From positions 2,756,293 to 2,820,292 of the forward strand of contig JBNZDD010013686.1 of assembly GCA_050575255.1 (NCBI GenBank): DNA of 64,000 nucleotides. Direction: 5' to 3'. Both the position numbers and the translations under genes were made by a program. This DNA is from Harriotta raleighana (lineage: Eukaryota). Below, piece after piece: positions 1-9,800 of this stretch. The notes beneath the pieces are model-generated. The model was not told the origin of the DNA, ran no database searches, and saw nothing but the letters and a program-made list of their open reading frames with translations. The first letter of the stretch is position 1. Each line of letters starts with the position of its first letter.

Positions 1-788
1 AACATCAATTTTTATTCCATTATTTGCTATTTGATCTCAGTTTTTTATAACCCACCACATTCTCTTTTCTAAACTCGTATTGGTATCCATAGATTTAAAC
101 AATATTATGGTAACCAATTTAGGTATAAAATACTTGTAATGTAACTCAGGTATTCTATGTTCAGGTTACCCTTTGCATGTTAGATTGTGAAGGAATCATA
201 ATATTTGGGGGAATTTTCAACCTGTTCTGTTTCAGCTGTCTTGTTTTTTTCATTTTTACCTGTGAAATATTGAAATCCAATTGATAATAGTGCCTAACCA
301 CATTGTTAAGACTTTCAAAACACTTCACAGGATATACCATGAAGTATGACTGTATTTTCCATAAAGCAATGTCCCACAAACAGTCATGGAGGGACTGACC
401 AATTTTATTTGTAGTGTGTAGGCCAAACACTGGGTATAAGCTCATTTTTCTATGTACTCAGCAGCAGAACCCTTGTCCTCTGTGACTTGGGTCTGCTCCT
501 ACATATCTTGCTAACAAGCCAGCCTGGGTGATCTGTAATCAGCAGTGCCTGTCTTGGGAGTACTTTAGATTCACTTGGTTCTGAAACTGCTAAGACTATC
601 ATATATGCGATTGACAACATTATTGGGATGTATCCCATAATATACAACAACAAGATTGCATTTATAGAGCACGTTTCACGTCGGAAGGACGTCCCAAGGC
701 GCTGGACAGTTGGTTTAAATATAAGCAATTGCCAGCAACTTCTACCATATTGGAGAAAAATATTCATGGTTATAGGATGATAGAAGTC

Positions 789-794
789 TTTATT
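789..794 (-). terminator. Probable polyadenylation signal AATAAA of the membrane-protein gene
   Basis: TTTATT on + at 789-794, ~175 nt past the stop codon. Confidence 0.5.
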
Positions 795-969
795 TGTGAT
801 ATTGTTTTACTCCGATCAATGATTATACATATTTAAGGCACCTGATAGATATATCAAATCATTCTTTAAACGATGATTTGCTGATAAACTAATAATTCCA
901 TGCTGTGTACTGATTTATCACAATACATAATTTTTTAACTTCTGTTCCAATTAATGAATAAATAGTTCC

Positions 970-3889
970 TTATTTCCTAGAATTAAAGCTATCACTGTCT
1001 CCACTGGAATCCATAAACACATCGTTAGTGGTTGTATACATATAATCGGGAGTCATGTCACTACTTAATTCATTAACAGAATAATCACTAAGAGCTGAAT
1101 AGAATCTAGTTCTGTTTGCATCTTCCTCGGGACGCACACTTTCTGAGGAAGTCGGATAACTTCCTTCATTAGTTTCTCTGCTAGTTTCACTTTCGTCTGA
1201 AGAACTGCCAGTTGCAGAACCAGTGCCTTCAAGTTCATCAGAAGTTATATTGACTGATAGTGGTCTGGTTCTTGATGTTGATGCAGGATAAAGAATTAAA
1301 GGTTGCTCTTGAAATGTTACCTCTCTTTCATCATCAAAACTATTTTTTCTTGGTTTAAAATTTGATGTGGAAATGGGTGATAGTGGTACCAATTGCTGTT
1401 CATGGGGTTCTCTGTAAATGAAAGATTGAGATATGGGCGACTGCGCTATAAAGTTACTGTTATATAAAAAAGTATCTGTTAAGGCATCCCCAGCTGTAGA
1501 AATGTTTCCTCTTAATCCATTCTGGGATTGTGGACTCACATGAGGGCTTACATTAACCGATAATGGCATTATCACTGGTAGTGATGTAGAATGAGCATCC
1601 ATATGATCTCTTTCCTCTTGTGCCAAATTCAGTCCAGTATCACTATGAAATGGTAAAGCTAAATGAGAAAATTGTTCATAGGAGGATGGTTGAATCAGAT
1701 GTTGTGAGAGTGAGCGAGATGATGAAGAGAATGCAGGGGGTGGAACAATTGGTAGTGGACTACCAATTAAATCCTCAGGTCTTGGGATCAACTCATTTTG
1801 AGATGATTTAATAAGCGATCTTGATGATCTTCTCTTTTTCGATTGACTTGGGTAATCCTCTTTTTTCCCTTTCGGTAATTTTGAATGGAATGAGGCTGAC
1901 GGAAACTTATGCTTTGATGAGAGAGGGAGCATTCGGTGTTTGGATGGTGAATAACTGGATGCCGATCGTCGCAACTGTGGTGATGAGTAGGATATTCGAT
2001 GTTTGGATGGGGATTGCGTTGGCTGTGATGTTTGATGTCTAGAAGTTGAATGGGTGGGTGTTGATCGTGGTTCATGCCTTGATGTTGAATGAATGGAGGA
2101 TGATAATGGATGTGATGAGAAAGAGGGTATTTGGCGTCTGGAGTGTGAATGAGCGGAAGATGAACGTGGTGGATGTGATGTGAAAGAGGGTGTTCGATGT
2201 TTAGATGTTGAATGAACAGATGGTAATCGTGTTTGATGTGTGGGTGGTGACTGAAGAGCTGTTGATAGATGTGACAACTTGGGCATTTCTGGAACAGAAT
2301 GTGAATAAGGGGATTGTGGTTGCTGTGGCATAGTAGACAGTTGTGGTGTGGAATGTGAATGAATGGATTGTGATGGCAATTCATGCACTGAATGAATGGA
2401 GGGTAACTGTGAATAGTGTGACAAGGGCATTGGAGGCATAACATGTGAATGAATGGATCGTGATTGAGATTGGTGTATTGTGGGCATTTGTGGCATAGAA
2501 TGCGAATGCATGGATTGTGGTTCAAATGATAATCTGGGATGTTTGTGCCTTGAGTGGGAATGAACAGATGGTGAGGGTAGATGTTCAAATGAGAATATAG
2601 GTGATACCTGCCTGGATTGAGAAGGAATGGATGATGCAGGTTGATGTGAAGATAATGAGTGACTATGTGATGAAAATGTTGGGGATGAAACAGCTGGCTG
2701 TGGGATTGTGGGAGATCGGTCATCTGAAGTATAGGCTGATCTTTCTCTCCAAACCGCAGAATGTGAACCAGCCACATCTGGATGACTTCTTGAGAATTGC
2801 CCAGGTGCCAGTGGAGTGAATAGATGAGTACTTCTACCGTCACCTTTAAATGGTAAACTAACTGATTTCGATCTGGCTCTTTGTGTTGACAGAAGATGTG
2901 ATGGGCTCTTTGATGGTGGTTGGGTGAATGATAATGATATGGGCACACGTCTTTTGTACCTTGCTGAATGACTTGATGGTGAAATATGGAGTAGACTTGC
3001 ACGATGGAGTGCACTTGATGTGTTCATGGGTGAAAACTCCGTTGAACCTGTGGGCGTTTTAACACTGGTGTTACTCTTATTTAAGATGTTGATATTTCTT
3101 GATTGGCTTCTAACTGTCGGAATATTGGTGGAGAACAAACTATGGGATCTTGAACAGGAATCAGCTGGAGGTATTGCAATACCTGATTTTGACAAGACCC
3201 TAAGATTTGATGGATGAGAAGTGTGAGAACCATCATGAAATATCCGCTCTGTCGATAACAGATGTGGTGAATAAATATATGATGAAAGTATCGGTGACAG
3301 GTAAGCAGGTTGTGGGCTAGTTATGGATTGCTGTGAAGTTAGAGGTCTTGGAAGACCATCTAGTCTTCGCCCTTGCGTTTCATTTAAATCTTGAACTGAT
3401 TTTAGACTCCGACCCGGACGACCTAATTTGGATATTCTGGTAGGTAATACTTCAGTCTTTGTTTGGTCTAGAGATACTGGTTTAAGTGATGATGCACTAA
3501 ATCTTGATGTTAGTGGACTATCGGTAAGTACTTCTTCTTTTGCTTCTGGTGAATCAGATACTTTGGGGGTTAATTGTCGATATGGTGAGAGATTGGGTGT
3601 TTCTTGTCTCGTTGGTGAATGGGAGCAGACAGGAATATCAGGTGGGCAACGAGATATTATGTTTGGTGGTGGGAGAGCATATGTTATATTGCTACTTCCA
3701 GTGGAGTTACATGGTGATGTGGTGTCCCTAGGTGAAATCTTTGCTGGTCTATGATGCGTGTAATTACGTTTCATTGCTGTCGCCCTTTTACCATGATTTC
3801 GACATGACTTGCGTAGCTTCCGGGTTCCCACAGAATACCTTTGGGCACCATCTGAAGTTCCACTTTCTAGAATGGTTATTCTAGGACAC
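970..3889 (-). CDS. Coding exon 12, 2.9-kb terminal exon encoding the Ser/Pro/His-rich disordered tail
   Basis: Acceptor atgtgttttag|G TGT CCT is phase 2, matching exon 11. About 972 uninterrupted codons in AT-rich DNA (ORF 970..3909); TAA at 972-970. Confidence 0.9.
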
Positions 3890-6800
3890 CTAAAACACAT
3901 GACACCCAAGCCATATATTGGAATTGAACAATTTTGACAATCTCTTCCTCATGTAAAATGATGCAAATGCTTTCATTTTAAATGCCTATTACTAATATTT
4001 CCACCTAGAGTTTCTGCCACAAATAACCTCAACTTTTCTGAAGATATTGCAATAATAATCCTTGCATTTGATATAGTGCTTTTCACGTATTCTAGACTTC
4101 TCAAAGCTCTTCACCGAATATACTGTGAATTGACTGTAAATTTGTGGGCAAAACACAGCAGCTAATCGTGCACAGCAGAGTCCAACAAACAGTCGTGAAT
4201 TGAAGTGACCAATTTTTAAAAAAAATTTGAAGAATTATTATCGGGGGTGTGGATAAGGAAACTTGCCCAAGGTTTTGCCCTGAGGGAATCGAACCCTGAT
4301 CTCTCACTTGTGAGGTGAACGCACTAACCACTGAGCTACAGGATTCCACAATCCTGCAAAGGACAGAACAACAGATGACTGGCATATTTCAGTCTTTGAA
4401 ACTGAGTAGCTCACTTGATATTTATGGCATCAGCATTAATACATTATGAGACACAAACTTTCCCTAAAATTGCAACGGTCTTTGAAGTTCATCTATTAAT
4501 GGAACTATAAATTTAAATTAACCACTGAAACTCATCACGGGACATCCTCCTGATGTTTAAGGCACGATATAAAGGACATTTGTAGTATCGCATTACAAAT
4601 TATGTAATTTTCACAGTGGGCAAGCCTTCAGCCATGTGTAATTTCTATGTAATTATGGACTTAATTTATTTTTACCTAAAAGAACTCCCATGATAATTTG
4701 ATGATAATTAAGTGTAATTTTTAAACAAAAATATGCTGAAGATAAATTGGAATGTTTGTCAAGGTTTGAACAGTTCACATAGTTCACTTCAGTGTTTTGA
4801 AGTTTTAAGTTTTACACTGATATTATTTGGTACTGCTCATACTCACTGAAGCATCATGATGATGACTTCACTTTACTGAATGGGATTGCATAACTGTGTA
4901 CTTACAAGAAACTAGAATTGCACCAGCCTCAATTATATCCATTATTTCATTTCCATGTTGAAATGTACTTACTTTTCCTTTTCTTTTGCTCTGACGAAAG
5001 AAACTGTGTAGAACATTGCAATCAACGCTAAAATGACGAAGACTGCAATGAGGCTTGCAGCAATGAGATCTTCTACCATATCTCTTAAGGATTGAGATGA
5101 TTTGCTTGCAGATCGACCTTTATTGTTGCCTAATAAAATTCCTAAGAAAACACAAAATCCAAAACAAACATATTCAACATTTACAGCAGAACATTTTGAA
5201 ACCCAAAAAATTGTTTCACAATAGATCAAAACAATTACAGGCAAATAAACAAAATGATTTTGGGTTTTTTTTTCCATTTTTTTTTATATCCCTCAAGAGC
5301 CTCTACTCATACTAATCTGCTCTCATTTACCCCTTTATTCTCTTTTCAATCAGGTAAACATTAAATCACCTTTTAAGTGACTAATTTGGAAAAGATTTCT
5401 GGATATTTATACTGGATAACATTTTTATTTGTTCTCTGTTCATTATTGAACCTCAATTCCCTTTACAGTATATTCTGTGAAGTGCTTTGAGACATCTAGA
5501 AGACGTGAAAAGCGCTAAGTCAAATGCAAGATTATTATTATTATTGAAACAACTATTAGAGATCAACAATCTTTACCTTTTAATTTGTGATATTTGCCAT
5601 GATATGTTCCTCCTGCAATTTACAAATGATTATTTGTAGTAAGGAAATGAGAAAAATGCTAATCATATGACTTTGCATTTTTTTGAAATAGGCCTTTTTT
5701 CCCCACTTTCCTAATTCTCTTGAAAGCTTTCCCGTTAATCTACATTATTTATATTACCATTTAATTTAAATTACTTATTTGAAAATGCAAGCATTTTTAT
5801 CTTGATTGATTTTAACCAACTTCTAAGTACACGAAAGATCCTAAGGGAGGTTTTAATGAAGAAGGCATTTTGGCTCATCTTTTCAGAATACCAACCTATT
5901 GTCCTATTACTGCACCAAACTTTTTTTTCCAAATGAATTCAGTGACTTGACCTCAACCACTCCTTGGGAACCCTGTTATTGTTCTGAGTAAAAAAAATCC
6001 TTCTCAGTGTTTGTTTAAAATTGCTCTTTCCAACCCTTACACTGTGTCCATTTCTGCTATGTTGGTGCATCTAAATGTATTATTTTCCGTTTATTTTCTC
6101 AATCCCATTTTAAATCTGATGCATTTCTCTAAGGGTTTCCCTGAGAAATCTCAATTAATAATTGAAGAGCTCTAGCTTGTCTAATTAGAAGTGTTCTTAC
6201 CTGAGCTTTGTGAGTCCTCAGTTTTCCCTTCAGCAGACAATTTAGGATTGTTAATTTCAATGGAAACAATTTCATCTTCACCTGCAATGTATATTTAGCT
6301 TGCAAGAAATTCAATTTGTTTTATGTACCAAGGTGCTAGATTTTGTGAGACAAGTGACAGTCTTTTTTTTCTGAGTGTAAGTAAAGTTTAACCTCATCAA
6401 TGTTTGAGTCAATGGTCACCACTGACATCTCTTTCTGCTTGCTATGCATGTACAATTTGGGAAGTGACATTATGTCTGACTTCCAAGTCATCTCCACTAA
6501 CAGCATGGCACATCAGGAGTGATCTAATGGCCTGGAACTCAGCAATATTATCTTAAGAGCCAGTTGGTGCATGAGAAGAAAGTGAGCTGGCCGCATGCAC
6601 GAGGGGTGAATTAGGTCCACACTGTAACCATGTTACAACTGAATTTGGGCTATAAAGAAGCATGTTTTATTGGGTTCTACTTTTAAACCTAGTCATTATT
6701 TTAGAGCAACTGGTGCACAAAGCACATTGCTATCCATGGAATAGTTATCTATCTCACAATGCACCTATCTACATCTTCTGATATTGTTCTTGAGCAGCTA

Positions 6801-9800
6801 CTTAACCAGTTGTTTCAAGAAGTTGATCAACACAAAGTTAGTTTTTGTTGAAAAGTTCATATACCCAGACTACCTCATCTTTTTAATAATGGAACACTCA
6901 GTCGATTATTATCTATCTCAGTCGATCACTAATTGATGTTAATTTTGCCTTCTGGACTTAAATTAACTGAATGACCACATTGATCTTTTACATTTCCCAT
7001 TATAAAGGAAACAATCATTATCCTATTTAAAATCTGAAACTTTAACATGCTATTGAGTGATAGAGGCAGAGTACCATAATTTATTATTTTAATAATAATA
7101 TAACAATCCTCGCATTTTGATGTCGCGCGCTTTTCATATCTTCTTAGATGTCTCAAAGTGCTTCACAGGATAAGCTGTAAAGTGAATTGACTGTATATTT
7201 TGTGGACGAAATACGGCAACCAATTGCTCACAGCAGTATCCCAAACATTCGTGGATTGAAAAAAATTTATCAGATTTTTTTTTAGGGATTATTATTAGAC
7301 ATGGGAAGTAAGGAAACTTGCCCAAGAGTTTGCCCTGCCTGGATTCGAACACGGGTCTCACACTTGTAAGGCGAGTGCTCTAATCACTGAGCTGCAGGAT
7401 TTACATTAAAAAGTGAACTCGATCTTTCTATAAAGGGATGTTATTTCTTTTTTTTTAAATAGTAACATTTACATGCTTTCTCAATTTTTGTCATAAAACA
7501 GAATGCATGTTGGGTCTTACAATACATAATACATGCACATTCACTTCATGAATTTAACAGCTTAGTATATTAAGATATGCTTATTACAGTAGCAGGATTG
7601 TACTCAGTGAATAATTAATTCTAAGAAGACAATGTTATCCTATTTTGTGTAAAATAAAGAAAGAAAAATCACTGCATACAACTAACCTTCTAAAGGTGTT
7701 GCTTGCAATTCATTTATACTTCTTTGAACCACCTCTTCATCAGTGACTAGGCTTCCCGTTCGATTATTATATTTACCTGTTTCAATTTAGGGGGTTACAA
7801 CAGAAATATGTGAAACTTAATATTTGCATTAACCATGCTGTTCTTCGTCATAAATTACAGGTAATGTCTTCTACAGAATACAGTGTAGCAGCCTACAGCA
7901 AAACATAAACAATTGTAAATGATTGGGCTAATAGTGTGAATAGAACATACAGTACTTCAGACAGCAAAGAGTCAAACACACAACTGAAGGCGAATTTCAT
8001 CAAAAGAAGAAATGACAAAGAATTTACCAGGAAAGAAGTGAGACCAAAGATAATTTAAAAGAAATTTCCATACAGTAGATAGGATGAGTCACATTGCAAG
8101 GTACAATAACAGCTTAAAAGTGCTTTTTTTAAACAAAATCAAGTGCTATGAAGTGTGAACTACTGTATATGGATGTGCAGTCAGGTGTGGGAGAGGATAC
8201 CAGATGCATAGTTTTGGTTGAATTGAGGTTGGGAGACTGGCAAGGAGCGCATTGGAAAAGTCTAACTTTGATAAAGGCATCACTTATAGAGGGAATAAAA
8301 TAAGTCTGCAAAATGGGCAACATTCTGGAGACAGAAGAAAACAGTTTCGGTCAAGGACAGGTGTAGGATTTGAAGTAGTGCCTGGGATACCAGGGCTTGA
8401 CAGTCACTTCATTGCAGATTCCATTTTTCTATGTATGTACATGTAAAAGTTAATACTGTACTTTGGAAATACTAATATAGATTGGGGCATATAGATTCCC
8501 ACCAAGGAAATAGTATTTCACATTTTGTAAATCAACATGATGAATAAAGCTCTAACCAAGCAATAATGGTGTTTTCATCCCATCCATAGTCTCTTCAAAG
8601 GTTTCTTCATTAGTTTCCAGAATGACAGTTTCTTCAGGAAATTTATTTTGAGATTTACCATTTTTCTTTTCAACTAATAATATATTTGACATAGGAAGAG
8701 AATTGATGGTTTCATGTGAAAACAGAAATATTTCACTTGCTTTAAATAGACACTTTTCAATGTTAAATAAATTGAAATAGCAGACTTAAATTCAGGCATA
8801 AATTTTCTTTCAGAATTCAGACTATTGTTTTTAAAAGATTTCTGGCAAAATGTCTTGGAAGACAATTAGTCAAGTCTTTTAAGTGTAACATTATACAATA
8901 ACTTTTTACCACCAAGAGAATTTAAAACTATAGTTTTAAAAAGATGAAGCAATAGTGTCCTCTGCAATATAATGTTATCCCGATTGCCAACATGATTGAC
9001 ATCTCTGATTGACATTTTAGCCTAACTAAAAGTATAGCAACAATGTAACATAATAAATGTTAATAAATACACAATAAATAAATGTAATCTAGAAACAAAT
9101 TGTGGAGGGCTTAGTCTGGCATAATCATTCACAAGTCATTTTCATTATTCATTATTGACACAATTTTTTAAAAAGTGTATCTTGAACAACACAGCATAAG
9201 TCTGCAGGAATCATGCATTTCTTTTACAATGAGGAGGACAGAGCACACCTGTATGTAATAGCTAATTTATAAACTGGTTTATATTATTTTGACTTGGTTT
9301 AATCTTTGTACAGTAGTTACTTATTCGTTAGAATAGTGAAGATATGTAATGTCTAATTTTAAAAGAAATCTAAATGGAAACAAACAGTAGTACACAACTC
9401 TTCTAACCTGGCAACAAACGCGACTCCAATTCCAACAGTTTATTCTTAATCGTATCATCATCTTCATATTCTTCAATCATTTTCAGTTTAGTCGGCATTT
9501 TAGCTGGTATTTCTTTTTCAAGCTTCTTCACCTTTTCATCTGAAAAATACATTTAATGACAATATCAGAATTGTGGCTTTACTGTAGTAAAAATATGTTT
9601 AAAAAAATAGAATTTGAACTGCCATCGATTGTGAAAGTTAAGTAGTGTCAATAGTACAGGTAGGTAATATATAAATAAAAAAATAAAAAAATATAGGTAC
9701 TCCGGGCTACTACTAATCATTAAATAAGAAGAAAAATATCTATAACCAACCAAGCTTATAAGAGCAATGCAATTTTGAAAATCTCCAAAGAAAATATTAC

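Noticed and set aside
1060-1110. ITAM/ITIM-like Tyr pair [10 protein letters not shown] in the tail
   Set aside because: Spacing and flanking residues do not fit the ITAM (YxxL/I-x6-8-YxxL/I) or ITIM consensus.
1788-3014. 408-aa His-rich overlapping ORF on the same strand as exon 12, in a shifted frame
   Set aside because: Expected by-product of TCA/CCA/CAT-rich codons: few NTA/NTG codons means few stops in the shifted frame. It has no ATG at its start and no splice support.
3890-3909. ORF-track start (TTG, 'MGVMCFR') of the 979-aa ORF
   Set aside because: It lies in the intron acceptor region; the phase-2 splice at 3889 joins cleanly to the TM exon.
4276-4347. tRNA-Val-like cloverleaf with A and B boxes
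   Set aside because: It is the head of SINE family A: it runs into the SINE body, has imperfect stems, and has several diverged copies. Not a tRNA gene.
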